Assembly: GCF_039522665.1 (NCBI RefSeq)
Contig: NZ_BAAADV010000001.1
Coordinates: forward strand, 1,437,792-1,501,791
Origin: Natronoarchaeum mannanilyticum
GTDB lineage: Archaea > Halobacteriota > Halobacteria > Halobacteriales > Natronoarchaeaceae
Direction: 5' to 3'
Length of the DNA stretch: 64,000 nucleotides
The position numbers and the translations under genes are program-made. Positions 8,901 to 17,453 of the stretch are shown here, piece after piece. A model generated the notes under the pieces. That model was not told the origin of the DNA, searched no databases, and worked only from the letters and a program-made list of their open reading frames with translations. Position 1 is the first letter of the stretch, and every line of letters starts with the position of its first letter.

Positions 8901-9922
8901 CCGGCCATCTCCTTGCTCGAGCTCACCGAGGGGTAGATCGGCGTCAGCCAGACGGCGTCGATACCGAGCTCGTCGAGATAGCTCACCTTCTCGGTGAGAT
9001 ACTGCATGTCGGTTTCGCCGCGCTCGCCGGCAAAGGAGCGGGTGAAAATCTCGTACATCACGCCGTCTTTCATCCACTCGGGCGGGCGGTTCGGCAGGTG
9101 GACCTCGCCGTCGGGGTCCAGCATGACCGTGTCGGCCATCCCGTGGATGTCGCCGTCGTAGGGCGCGGCGTGGACGCGCGCGGCGTCGCCGCTGATCGCG
9201 CTCGCGGGGACGCGCGCCGTCGTTCCCTCGTCGACGATGTCGCTCGTCGAGAGCGCGTCGCGGTCGTCCGCGAGGAACTCGACCGTCAGGTCCTCGGGAT
9301 TCGCGTTGCTGTTGGGCGACAGCTTGGCGTTGGACTCGATGACGAACTCGCCGGCCTCGCTGTCGAACTCGGCGTCCAGCGAGAGGCGCGGCGGGCCGCC
9401 CGCTCCGTCGGGCGTCGCGGGGAACGCGTGAAGCGTCATCTGGTGGGTGCCGTCCGGGGCGTCGACCTCGACGACGTACGTGCCCGGCGCGTCGGCGGTG
9501 AACTCCGCGACGTTCTTTTTACCGTTGTCCCAGCGCGGCTCGCCGTCCTCGTCGTCGGTCTCGAAGGCGAGCACGTCGCCGCTGCTACCGTCGGGCGACT
9601 CGGCGAGCGACCACTGGAAGTCGTCGGCGCTGTAGTTGGCCGGGTCGGCGCCGATGTCCGTCACTCGCGGCGCGAGATTGTCGCGGTCGAAAACGTGGCT
9701 CCCGTCGACGTAGATGGAGTTGCGCAGCGATTCGCCGACCTCGACGAACCGCGGTTCGCCGGGGTGATGGGAGTCCGCACCGTTCGATGCTGCCTGCTGA
9801 AGCGCCGGCTGGGTCTCCGCGCTGCCGTAGCCGGAGGACAGCGAGAGTGCGCCGAGCCCGGCGATGCCGCCGAGCACGCTTCGTCGACTCGTTGTGGGGG
9901 TGAGATTGTCGTTGTTGCTCAT
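5978..9922 (-). CDS. Tat-secreted, cell-surface GH13 alpha-amylase family glycoside hydrolase with tandem glucodextranase-like domains and a PGF-CTERM-like anchor.
   Basis: N-terminal twin-arginine signal (TSRRSVLGGIAGLGALS). GH13 catalytic core (GIDAVWLTPIY…, DGFRCDIAW, an EHDxxR-like region). Two ~150-aa repeats resembling glucodextranase C-terminal domains. C-terminal LPGFGVGAGAAGVAGAAAAA hydrophobic tail. The antisense 877-aa ORF 5918-8551 is an artefact. Confidence 0.85.
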   Translation of the reverse strand: MSNNDNLTPTTSRRSVLGGIAGLGALSLSSGYGSAETQPALQQAASNGADSHHPGEPRFVEVGESLRNSIYVDGSHVFDRDNLAPRVTDIGADPANYSADDFQWSLAESPDGSSGDVLAFETDDEDGEPRWDNGKKNVAEFTADAPGTYVVEVDAPDGTHQMTLHAFPATPDGAGGPPRLSLDAEFDSEAGEFVIESNAKLSPNSNANPEDLTVEFLADDRDALSTSDIVDEGTTARVPASAISGDAARVHAAPYDGDIHGMADTVMLDPDGEVHLPNRPPEWMKDGVMYEIFTRSFAGERGETDMQYLTEKVSYLDELGIDAVWLTPIYPSVSSSKEMAGGGPHGYDATDYMSVASDLGSVEDYQAFIEECHNHDIKVVFDMVINHAGRNHPYFQDTIASKGDEVPAESWEFLPVEEWNQDSKYFDWFDRMDAPITGPDGGVVDPAPGNTGFWGLRLQPNWNFDNMALREHMLAVADFWSGEVGVDGFRCDIAWGTPHSFWKEVRDLVRSNDSEFLMLDESIPKDPHFAENEFDMHFDTSEFMNTMRGIGRDNAPANEILSSINSRKAEGFPEHTLILNTTENHDEERLLNQIMEGGTRDQPKKAQRACWAAGVTLPGVPFVYYGQERAISEYGEGRHMGEDDPRSGDIFPGGKKRAFMNWDEYDEEHLQFYKDLIGAYHDMDVLKPDADMSGEWFNTAYKEEPNLLVFGRDASHLEDVDGPEKVVVVINFEEEPSQVNLRPEVSTTDLLSGEDLSMSSGAAAAVAEVDTIAIFEAPSLLPTGETVFETSDPTGDDIGPGQPDAEDSTTSYTYPTGDGYADGTFDIDTFRVHETEDNYQFIYGVDTEVANPDDLEHGFSNQHLQVYVRDSSGDGGSTSARTGVNAEFAEPYHYRVVADGENGVRLEDADGNEVATGDIKLNNAVYEIIAEIPKRELDVSPETMQLAPLMLGYDGSAEGGVMPVESEASADAFGGAENGSAPNVIDMVSNDNTTQADALAYSDGELAQIPYVLVTTEFQEVASFDDPTGDGMASGQYTLPTADAYYENAWDIESFSVEASRSRVRFNYTMAEEIQNPWSFSPGFSHQMFQVYIASSSASGPSGTEGRGGTNLGFDQPYHYRVVVHGEGTMAVENAAGEAVSTDVNTVTDGKTVSIDVPRGAVDWSHEDGGMALQPVTVPYDGYGTKGVRGISESNGQHAIGGGTGTNDPAAMDILTPEGADQESILTDYSADSTVSLPFVTIGDYGGGSGGGSSDDGGDNGDDSGDEGSGNESQEEGSSSDGLPGFGVGAGAAGVAGAAAAASRLSDDDEDDEE

Positions 9923-10314
9923 GAGTTACTTCGGAATCCGAAGTGGTCGTCTGTGGTTCTGGAACGCCGAAAGCGAACCCGCCGGGACGCGGATCCGGTT
10001 CGGGACGGCACCGTCGCTGACGATCGTTCGCCGTGACGTGAGTACGGCGTCGAACCGGGCGGGCCGCTCGCCCCACCGCGGTTCGACGGACCGATCGCCG
10101 GTCCGGGTCGTCGCAACCGTTGCCAGCACCTCATCGACACGCCACGATGTAATCTTTCTTCATGCTTAATGGTACGTCTGTGATTAACATTTGCCTGTAG
10201 TAATTCCGGTACGTAAATGAATCTATTATTTACATTACTTGTAACGGGTGTACACAATCGATGAAAAAATGGATCAAACGGCGCCGAGCGGCGTCCCGGC
10301 GATGTCCGGGTCGA

Positions 10315-10848
10315 TCAGGCGAACGCGACCCGGAGCCGACAGCGGTCGGCGCCCTTCCGTGCGCACTCGGACTCGGTGATCGTGACGTCGTCGCCGTAGT
10401 GGTCCGCGACGCCGAGCACGATCCCCCGCGCCAGCGAACAGAGCTTCCGCTCCGAATCGTAGGTCACCACGACGTCGCCGCCGTCGGCTTCGGTCGCGAC
10501 GTCGGGCAGCTCCGAGTCCTCGTCCTGCGCCGCGACGCGTTCGTAGACGATCTCCAGCGCGAGCAGCAGCTCGCGCGTCGCCCAGTCGTCCCGGACGTGC
10601 GCCTTGAACGTATTCAGAAGCTCCGGGGCGAGACGCCGGCCGAACGCGCGCTGGACCTCGGCCTCGGTCTCGCCGGTCGCGGCCGTCAGCGCGTCGAACA
10701 CGGCGGTAACTTCCTCGTCCGGGTAGTGCGACACCGGCAGGTACAGCTTCGGCTCCAGACCCGCGCGGTCGACGATCTCGTCCCAGTCGGCCGCGTCGAC
10801 GTCCTCCTCGACGTACTCTTTGAGCGTCTTGTGGACGATCCCGTGCAT
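10315..10848 (-). CDS. Heme-NO-binding (H-NOX/HNOB)-like domain protein with a V4R-like C-terminus.
   Basis: The N-terminus MHGIVHKTLKEYVEE resembles an HNOB domain start (MYGxV..). The C-terminal …GDDVTITESECARKGADRCRLRVAF resembles a V4R domain. Family assignment from memory only. Confidence 0.5.
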   Translation of the reverse strand: MHGIVHKTLKEYVEEDVDAADWDEIVDRAGLEPKLYLPVSHYPDEEVTAVFDALTAATGETEAEVQRAFGRRLAPELLNTFKAHVRDDWATRELLLALEIVYERVAAQDEDSELPDVATEADGGDVVVTYDSERKLCSLARGIVLGVADHYGDDVTITESECARKGADRCRLRVAFA

Positions 10849-10959
10849 GGTTTCAGTCCCTTCCTCGCGATCGCGTGCGTCCGTACATACGTCAACCAAG
10901 CGTAATCATCGCGTAAGTATTCCGGCGTTCCGGCGATTCGGGCTCCGAGTCGGTGCGGC

Positions 10960-11817
10960 TCAGTTCCGGTCCAGCGCGTCGGCGATCGCCGGCGCGGCGC
11001 TGACCTCGCTCTGGGGGCGCTCGATCGTGTCGGTGCCGTAGATCGCCGCGACGCCGGCCCGCGAGAGCTTCGTGACCGCGTTGCTCGCCAGCAGCGGATG
11101 GACGCAGGTGACGTACACGTCCGCGGCGCCGCGCTCGTCGAGCACGCCGACGGCCTCGCTCATCGTCGAGCCGGTCGCGATGATGTCGTCGACGACCACG
11201 ACGTCCCGGCCCTCGACGGCGGCGTCGCTCGGCGTCACCTCGACGTCGCTGCCTGAGTGGCGCGTCTTCTCGAAGTAGTCGACCTCGCCGCCGCCCGCGG
11301 CGTTCCTGACCGTTTCGGCGAGCTCGATCGCGCCCGCGTCCGGCGAGAGATACAGCGGGTCGGTCAGGTCCTCGGGGAGCGGCTCGGCCAGCCGGTCGGC
11401 CGCCGTGACGGCGGTCGCCGACGGCTCGAAAAAGTCACAAACCGCCTCCTCGTGGGGGTCGACGGTGATCACGCGGTCGGCGCCCGTGCTGATCGCCCGC
11501 GCGACGGCGCGGGCCGACACCGGCTCGCCGGCCTCGAACGCCCGATCCTGGCGGGCGTAGCCCATGTACGGCAGCACCGTGACGACCTCCTCGAAGCCGG
11601 CCTCGCGGGCGGCGTCCTGCAGCTGCAGGAGTTCGAGGTGGGCGTCGCTCGTCGGCGTCGACGCGACGACGACCGCGCGCTCGCCGCTTGCCTGTCCGAT
11701 GCTCGCCATCAGTTCGCCGTCCGGGAACCGATCGAACGCGACGGGCGCGAGCGGCTCGTCGAGCTCGCGGGCCAGCGCGGCGGCGATCGACTGGGAGTGG
11801 CGTCCGCTGAGGATCAT
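10960..11817 (-). CDS. prs: Ribose-phosphate pyrophosphokinase (PRPP synthetase).
   Basis: Pribosyltran domain with a PRPP-binding loop (VVVVDDIIATGSTM) and the N-terminal Prs domain. Confidence 0.9.
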   Translation of the reverse strand: MILSGRHSQSIAAALARELDEPLAPVAFDRFPDGELMASIGQASGERAVVVASTPTSDAHLELLQLQDAAREAGFEEVVTVLPYMGYARQDRAFEAGEPVSARAVARAISTGADRVITVDPHEEAVCDFFEPSATAVTAADRLAEPLPEDLTDPLYLSPDAGAIELAETVRNAAGGGEVDYFEKTRHSGSDVEVTPSDAAVEGRDVVVVDDIIATGSTMSEAVGVLDERGAADVYVTCVHPLLASNAVTKLSRAGVAAIYGTDTIERPQSEVSAAPAIADALDRN

Positions 11818-11915
11818 ACCCGACCGAACTCCGGCGAGCGGTAAACCCGTTTTCGTTCGTCACGAGGCCGGTCGCCGGCCCGCCGCTCCGCCGCCCTGCC
11901 CCGGCGTCGGCGCGC

Positions 11916-12710
11916 TCACTCGGCGACGGCGCAACCGACGACGCCCCGCAGCCCCAGCGGCTGGTGGCGCCAGCCGTCGCCGGCGTCGACCAGGAACGCC
12001 CCGTCGGCGGTCGCGACGTACGTCGCCGGGCCGTAGGCGACGCCGGCGGGTTCGGCGTCGACGGGCAGATCGACGCGGCTCCACTCCCCGTCGCTCGCGC
12101 GCGTGTAGAATACGCTATCGACCACGGCGTGAGCCCGCCCGTCGGCGTCGGCCGCGACGAGCGTCGCCTCGCCCTCGATCTCCCGCCGCCACCCATCGTC
12201 CCACCGGTAGACGCCGTCCGCCGTCGCGGCCAGGTCGACGTCGCCCGACGCCACGTCCGCCGCGGCGTCGAGTTCGCGATCCGAGCCGTCGAGCGTTTCT
12301 CCGAGCCGGTGGACGCCGTCGCTCGCCGCGACGAGGTCGCCGTCGAGCGCCCGGATCGTCCCGTCCGCCGTCCCGACGTCGGTCCACTCGTCGGGGTCGG
12401 TCGCGGTCGCCACCCGGCCGTCCTCGTCGCCGGCGACGACCGCGCCGTCGCGGAAGCCGACCGCGGACGCCGCTCCGAACCCGAGTTCGAGCGGCTCCTC
12501 GCCCAGCAGAACGACGTCCTCGGCCGTCGCGACCGCGATCTGGCCCGCTCGCCCGGCGACGTCCGCCGCCGGGGTCCGGTACTCGACGCCGAACTCGCCG
12601 ACGAGGTCGGCCGACACCGACACCGCGGCGACGCCGACGCCCGAGCCGACGAACGCCCGCGTCCGGCCGGACTTCTCCGCGAAGATCCGCTTTTCCTCGA
12701 TCGTCGTCAT
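11916..12710 (-). CDS. Conserved hypothetical protein, probably beta-propeller-like with Gly/Asp/Ala-rich repeats.
   Basis: Start at MTTIEEKRIF (nt 12710). The upstream part of the track ORF runs into the neighbour. Recurrent ~40-aa D/G/A-rich segments. Confidence 0.55.
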   Translation of the reverse strand: MTTIEEKRIFAEKSGRTRAFVGSGVGVAAVSVSADLVGEFGVEYRTPAADVAGRAGQIAVATAEDVVLLGEEPLELGFGAASAVGFRDGAVVAGDEDGRVATATDPDEWTDVGTADGTIRALDGDLVAASDGVHRLGETLDGSDRELDAAADVASGDVDLAATADGVYRWDDGWRREIEGEATLVAADADGRAHAVVDSVFYTRASDGEWSRVDLPVDAEPAGVAYGPATYVATADGAFLVDAGDGWRHQPLGLRGVVGCAVAE

Positions 12711-12812
12711 GTGGGTCCGGTGGACCGCGGGCGCCGAAAGCGTTCCGACGCGCGGGTCGGCGCTGACGCGCGGGACCCAACGTTCACGCCGCCGGACGGC
12801 GAACCAGCTTCT

Positions 12813-13094
12813 GTGACAGACGTCTCCGAACTGGTCGCCGAACTCCACGACGAGTTGCGCGCAACGGAGGAACTGCCGGTCGATCGCACCGCCGGCCGCT
12901 GGATCGGCGAGGCCCAGGCCGTCGCCGCCGACGTGGCGGAGGGCGATCCGCCCGAGTCAGTCGTCCGCGAGCGCGTCGGCCACGTCCGACGACTCCTCTC
13001 GGAAGTCGACGACGCCGGGGACGAGGAAGCGACCGAGCGCGTCGAGCGAGCGCGCGACCTGGCCGAGCAGATCCTCGATCGGATCGAGAACTGA
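12813..13094 (+). CDS. Small acidic hypothetical protein (about 93 aa, GTG start).
   Basis: Strong GC3 codon bias over the 3' end of a long track ORF. The only in-frame start after the divergent gene is GTG at 12813. Confidence 0.4.
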   Translation: MTDVSELVAELHDELRATEELPVDRTAGRWIGEAQAVAADVAEGDPPESVVRERVGHVRRLLSEVDDAGDEEATERVERARDLAEQILDRIEN

Positions 13095-13277
13095 GCTACC
13101 TGATCGTCGCCGTCCTCACCGTCGTCCCGACGTTTATATGCGATCGGGCGGCGACCGCCGACGTGACCTGACCGCAGCTCCGGCGCGGTCCAGGCGGGTG
13201 CGCGGCGTCCCGCGTCGGGGTGTGACTGCAACTGGTAGAAAACGCCGCCTGTCAGCTCCGAAGCCTCCCGCGACGGC

Positions 13278-14591
13278 TCAGGCGTCGGCGTCCGCCACCA
13301 CGCTCATCGCCTCCTCCAGTATCGCGTCGGCGTCGTCGGGCTCCCGCGCCTCGGCGGTGACCCGGATCAGCGGCTGGGTCCCGCTCGCGCGCACGAGGAA
13401 CCAGCCGTCCTCCCGGTCGACCCGGACGCCGTCGAGCGTCGCGACGTCGTCGTACCGACCGGCGACGAGCTCGCGGACGCGGTCCATCGTCTCTGCCTTC
13501 GCGTCGGTCTCGACGTTCTCGCGCCGGATCGGGTACGTATCGATCTCACCGGCGAGCTCAGCGAGCGGACCGCGGCGCGCGACCAGCGCGGCGAGCCGGC
13601 AGGCCGCCAGCGGGCCGTCGGGACACAGCGTCTCGTCCGGCCAGATCCACGCGCCGCTTGGCTCGCCGCCGAAGACGACGTCCGAGTCGCTGGCCCGCTC
13701 CGCGACGTACACGTCGCCGACCGGCGTCCGGGTCGTCTCGGCGCCGACCTCGGCGAGCGCGTCGGCCACCGCGAGGCTGGTGTCGACCGGCACCGCGACC
13801 CTGTCGCCCGCCGCCGCGGCCTCGCGGCCGAACAGCGCGAGCAGCACGTCGCCCGAGAGGAACGAGCCGTCGCCGGCCACCGCTCGCATCCGGTCGGCGT
13901 CGCCGTCGTGGGCGATCCCCAGATCGGCGTCCGTGCCGGCGACGGTCGCCGCGAGCGTCCCGCAGTTCTCCTCGGTGGGCTCGCTCGGACGCGCCGGAAA
14001 ACTGCCGTCCGGCTGGGCGTTGAGCGTCTCGACCGCACAGCCCAGGTCCGCCAGCGCGTCGGCGGTGACGCCGCCGGCGCCGTTGCCGACGTCGACGACG
14101 ACCGACAGCGGCTCGTCGATCGAGACGGCGTCGACAAGCGTCTCGACGTGGCGCCGGTGGGCGCCGTCCCACGACGAGCGCTCGCCCTGGCCGGTCCAGT
14201 CGGCCAGCGCCCACTCCTCGTCGCGGATCCGGCGCTCGATCGTCGTCCGGCGCTCCTCGTCGAACGCCTGTCCGCTGGGCGTCCAGAGCTTGATGCCGTT
14301 GTCCGGCGCCGGGTTGTGCGAGGCGGTGATCGCGACGCCGGCGTCGGCGTCCCGCCACCCCACGGAGCGGGCGATCGTCGGCGTCGCCGCCAGCCCGAGG
14401 TCGATCACGTCCGCGCTGCACTCCCGGGCGCCCGCCGCGAGCGCGTCGGTCAGCAGTCGCCCGCTCCCCCGCGGGTCCCGCCCGACCACGATCCGGTCGG
14501 CGTCGACGCCGACCGCTCGGCCCACCGACAGCGCGAGGTCCGCAGTGACCGTCTCGCCGACGGGTCCGCGGATGCCGCTCGTTCCGAACAT
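13278..14591 (-). CDS. glmM: Phosphohexomutase (phosphoglucosamine mutase/phosphomannomutase family).
   Basis: Active-site TASHNP, metal loop GIAHDGDADR, sugar-binding GGEPSG. Start at MFGTSGIRG (nt 14591). Confidence 0.88.
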   Translation of the reverse strand: MFGTSGIRGPVGETVTADLALSVGRAVGVDADRIVVGRDPRGSGRLLTDALAAGARECSADVIDLGLAATPTIARSVGWRDADAGVAITASHNPAPDNGIKLWTPSGQAFDEERRTTIERRIRDEEWALADWTGQGERSSWDGAHRRHVETLVDAVSIDEPLSVVVDVGNGAGGVTADALADLGCAVETLNAQPDGSFPARPSEPTEENCGTLAATVAGTDADLGIAHDGDADRMRAVAGDGSFLSGDVLLALFGREAAAAGDRVAVPVDTSLAVADALAEVGAETTRTPVGDVYVAERASDSDVVFGGEPSGAWIWPDETLCPDGPLAACRLAALVARRGPLAELAGEIDTYPIRRENVETDAKAETMDRVRELVAGRYDDVATLDGVRVDREDGWFLVRASGTQPLIRVTAEAREPDDADAILEEAMSVVADADA

Positions 14592-14691
14592 ACCCAAAAC
14601 GGGAGCGGGCACCGACAAAAAGAGCGGGTATCCGTCCGGCCGCTCGCCCCCGCTCGCCAACTTTTTGCACCCGCCCCGGCGAGAGAGACCC

Positions 14692-15378
14692 ATGAAGACG
14701 AGCGGCGGATCGGCGGCGGCGAAGCGCCGGGCGGGCGAAAGCACAGCCGACGCGGTCGAGGACGGGCAGGTCGTCGGGCTGGGCACCGGCAGCACGGCGG
14801 CCCACGCCATCCGGGCGATCGGCGACGCGGTCGCCGACGGGCTCGACGTCCGGGGCGTCCCGACCTCCTTCCAGTCCCGGCAGCTCGCGATCGAGGCGGA
14901 GATTCCGCTGGTCGAGCTGGACGAGGTCGACGGGGTCGACCTGGCGATCGACGGTGCCGATCAGGTCGCGGGCGGTCAGCTGATCAAGGGCGGCGGCGCG
15001 GCTCACGCCCGCGAGAAGATCGTCGACGCCGCGGCCGACCGGCTGCTGGTCGTCGTCGATCCCGGGAAGCTCGCCGACCGGCTCGATCGATCGGTGCCCG
15101 TCGAGGTGCTGCCGGCAGCGCGGCCGGTCGTCGAGGATCGGCTCGCGACGCTGGGCGGCGAGCCGACGCTCCGCTCGGCCGAACGCAAGGACGGCCCGGT
15201 CGTCACCGACAACGGAAACGTCGTGCTCGACTGCGAGTTCGGCGCGATCGACGCGCCCGCCGATCTTGCAGCCGAGCTATCGAGCGTGCCGGGCGTCGTC
15301 GAGCACGGACTGTTCGTCAACCTGGCCGACGAGATCCACGTCGGCCGCGAGGACGGCGTCGACGTCCGGACGCCGTAG
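14692..15378 (+). CDS. rpiA: Ribose-5-phosphate isomerase A.
   Basis: RpiA motifs (GLGTGSTA; DGADQV; KGGGAAHAREKI). ATG at 14692 within a longer antisense-overlapping track ORF. Confidence 0.9.
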   Translation: MKTSGGSAAAKRRAGESTADAVEDGQVVGLGTGSTAAHAIRAIGDAVADGLDVRGVPTSFQSRQLAIEAEIPLVELDEVDGVDLAIDGADQVAGGQLIKGGGAAHAREKIVDAAADRLLVVVDPGKLADRLDRSVPVEVLPAARPVVEDRLATLGGEPTLRSAERKDGPVVTDNGNVVLDCEFGAIDAPADLAAELSSVPGVVEHGLFVNLADEIHVGREDGVDVRTP

Positions 15379-15524
15379 CGCAGGCGTCGGTCGGACGCCG
15401 AAGCGCGGTTGACGGCCGGACGCCGAAGCGCGGCGTCGTCACTCCCGATTCGTCCGGCGGCTACGTTACGCGGCGCCGTGGCTGGTCGGTCGGCGTCGAT
15501 AAAAAATCGGAGCAGGAAACCTGC

Positions 15525-15692
15525 TTACAGGTCGCGCGGCTGGACCGTCTTCCGGTCGTTTGCCTCGGCACGGCGGGCGGCGTCCTCGAGCAGCTCGTCG
15601 ACTTCCTCGTCGAGGGCGTCGTAGAAATCCGATGCGACGTTCTTGTCGTCGAGCGCTTCCTTCACGGCTGCTTTGACAATGAGGTCTGCCAT
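15525..15692 (-). CDS. DUF1931-like histone-fold small protein (55 aa).
   Basis: MADLIVKAAVKEA…DAARRAEANDRKTVQPRDL resembles a histone-fold C-terminal helix (…RKTV…D). TATA tttataaa 25-30 bp upstream. Confidence 0.55.
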   Translation of the reverse strand: MADLIVKAAVKEALDDKNVASDFYDALDEEVDELLEDAARRAEANDRKTVQPRDL

Positions 15693-15715
15693 ACGACCTG
15701 ACATTGAAAACGGCT

Positions 15716-15723
15716 GTTTATAA
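15716..15723 (-). promoter_or_regulatory. TATA box (tttataaa) for the DUF1931-like gene.
   Basis: AT octamer at about -28 relative to the ATG at 15692. Confidence 0.45.
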
Positions 15724-15884
15724 ACGTTCCCAAATCGCCCGGAGAGCGGGTCTGTAGACGGTATCCTGACCCCCGCTGTCGGACGGATGACAGTGATCGG
15801 CACGATAGATCGGCGACGGTATTTAATTCTTCCCCCGGAACGTTCTCGTTTCCGGCCGCGCCCGGCGGGAAACGACATATAGGA

Positions 15885-16670
15885 GTGCCTCGGCGCGGGA
15901 GTGGCGGTATGCGCGAGTTACTGGACGCCGTCGCGAGCGGCGAGGTCAGTCCCGCCGAGGCCGAGGCGCGCCTCGCCGGCTACGCGACGACGGATGCGGG
16001 CCGGTTCGACGCCGCCCGCGAGCAGCGACGCGGCGTGCCCGAAGCGGTGTACGCGGAGGGCAAGACCGCCGAGGAAGTCGTCGATATGCTGCTTGCGGCC
16101 CTGGAGACGACGGGCAGAGGTATCGCGACGCGCGTGAGCGACGAGCAGGTCGCGGCCGTGCGCGAGGCGCTTGACGACGCCGGGCTCGACGCCGACGTTC
16201 GGTGGCACGAGCGATCCGACGTGCTGGTCATTCACGGGCCCGAGTACGAACCGCCGGACGTGGACGCGACGGTCCGCGTCGTCACCGGCGGGACCGTCGA
16301 CCGCGGGCCGGCCGGCGAGGCGCGCGCGATCGCCGTCGAGATGGGCGCGACGGTCGAGATGGTCGAAGACGTCGGCGTCGCCGGCATCGTTCGCCTGCTC
16401 GATCGGCTCGACGAGCTGCGCGAGGCTGACGTGCTCGTCGTCGCGGCGGGTCGCGAAGGCGCGCTGCCGACCGTCGTCGCCGGCCTCGTCGACACGCCCG
16501 TGATCGGGCTGCCGACCGCGAGCGGCTACGGCCACGGCGGCGACGGCGAGGCGGCGCTGGCCGGGATGCTCCAGTCCTGTACCGTTCTTTCGACCGTGAA
16601 CGTCGACGCCGGCTTCGTCGCGGGCGCGCAGGCGGGCCTGATCGCACGCGCGATCGATGACAATACCTGA
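15885..16670 (+). CDS. larB: PurE(NCAIR mutase)-related protein, LarB-like (nickel-pincer cofactor biosynthesis carboxylase/hydrolase).
   Basis: A PurE-like fold segment (VVTGGTVDRGPAGEARA…VVAAGREGALPTVVAGLVDTPVIGLPTASGYG) follows an N-terminal AIR-carboxylase-related domain. The alternative start MRELLD is at 15909. Confidence 0.7.
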   Translation: MPRRGSGGMRELLDAVASGEVSPAEAEARLAGYATTDAGRFDAAREQRRGVPEAVYAEGKTAEEVVDMLLAALETTGRGIATRVSDEQVAAVREALDDAGLDADVRWHERSDVLVIHGPEYEPPDVDATVRVVTGGTVDRGPAGEARAIAVEMGATVEMVEDVGVAGIVRLLDRLDELREADVLVVAAGREGALPTVVAGLVDTPVIGLPTASGYGHGGDGEAALAGMLQSCTVLSTVNVDAGFVAGAQAGLIARAIDDNT

Positions 16671-16893
16671 TCACCGAGCGGACACGACTCCTGAACACTG
16701 ATCGAACACGACTACACGATGAACGGGTGAGGGCGTCGTGCTCGCGAACGGCCGTGCGCCGGTTGGCGAATATTTCTTCACGAACGGCGAACCACGTTTC
16801 GGTTTTGCGGAAATAGAAGGGGTGTTTCGGAAGGATATTTACCGATGGACCGCATAGTGAAGGGTGCCGGCGCGTACCGTGCCGGTTGTACCC

Positions 16894-17037
16894 AATGCCC
16901 ACGTGTGACCACTGCGACGCGCACGTCTCCGACCGGTTCGAGCGAGTGTTCGCCGACGAGCACGGACGCATCTTCGCGTGTCCGAGCTGCTCGGCCAACG
17001 CGGGTATCGCCGAGGCGGCGAGACAGCGAGCCCGCTG
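16894..17037 (+). CDS. Unlisted small Zn-ribbon protein (47 aa; CDHC…CPSC).
   Basis: ATG..TGA ORF MPTCDHCDAHVSDRFERVFADEHGRIFACPSCSANAGIAEAARQRAR with very high GC3. Overlaps the 5' half of a track ORF in a different frame. Confidence 0.55.
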
Positions 17038-17116
17038 AACGTCGGATCGATCGGACAGTGCAGCCGCGTGATCACCACGCGAAGCCTTTCTGTGGCCTCG
17101 GCGTAACCGACCAGTC

Positions 17117-17365
17117 GTGAGCGACCACTACGTCTACGTGCTGGAATGCGCCGACGGGACGTTCTACACCGGCTACACGACCGACGTCGAGCGCCGCGTC
17201 GCGGAACACGACGCCGGCGAGGGCGCCAAGTACACTCGCGGGCGGACGCCGGTCGAACTGGTCTACCGGGAGCAGTTCGACTCGCAGTCGGCGGCGATGT
17301 CGCGCGAACACGAACTGAAGCAGCTCTCTCGGGACCAGAAAGAGCAACTCGTCGACGACGAGTGA
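17117..17365 (+). CDS. GIY-YIG nuclease superfamily protein (UPF0213).
   Basis: [27 protein letters not shown]…; GIY-YIG motifs present. Confidence 0.85.
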   Translation: MSDHYVYVLECADGTFYTGYTTDVERRVAEHDAGEGAKYTRGRTPVELVYREQFDSQSAAMSREHELKQLSRDQKEQLVDDE

Positions 17366-17453
17366 TCGATCGCGGCGTTCGATCGGCGGCGGCGTTCGCG
17401 ATCGACGCCGCGACCACGCCAGCGCTTTTCTTCGCGTCCGTGGATCTCCCGAT

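Noticed and set aside
11435-12780. Several 220-400-aa Arg/Pro/Gly-rich ORFs (e.g. 11564-12766 plus, 12115-12780 minus).
   Set aside because: Overlap the prs gene and the beta-propeller-like gene in other frames. Extreme Arg/Pro content.
13138-15378. 746-aa plus-strand ORF (Ser/Ala/Arg-rich) and the 482-aa/597-aa Arg-rich ORFs over 13558-15701.
   Set aside because: Antisense or alternative frame of the phosphohexomutase gene. Only the terminal 229 codons (rpiA, from ATG 14692) carry a recognisable domain.
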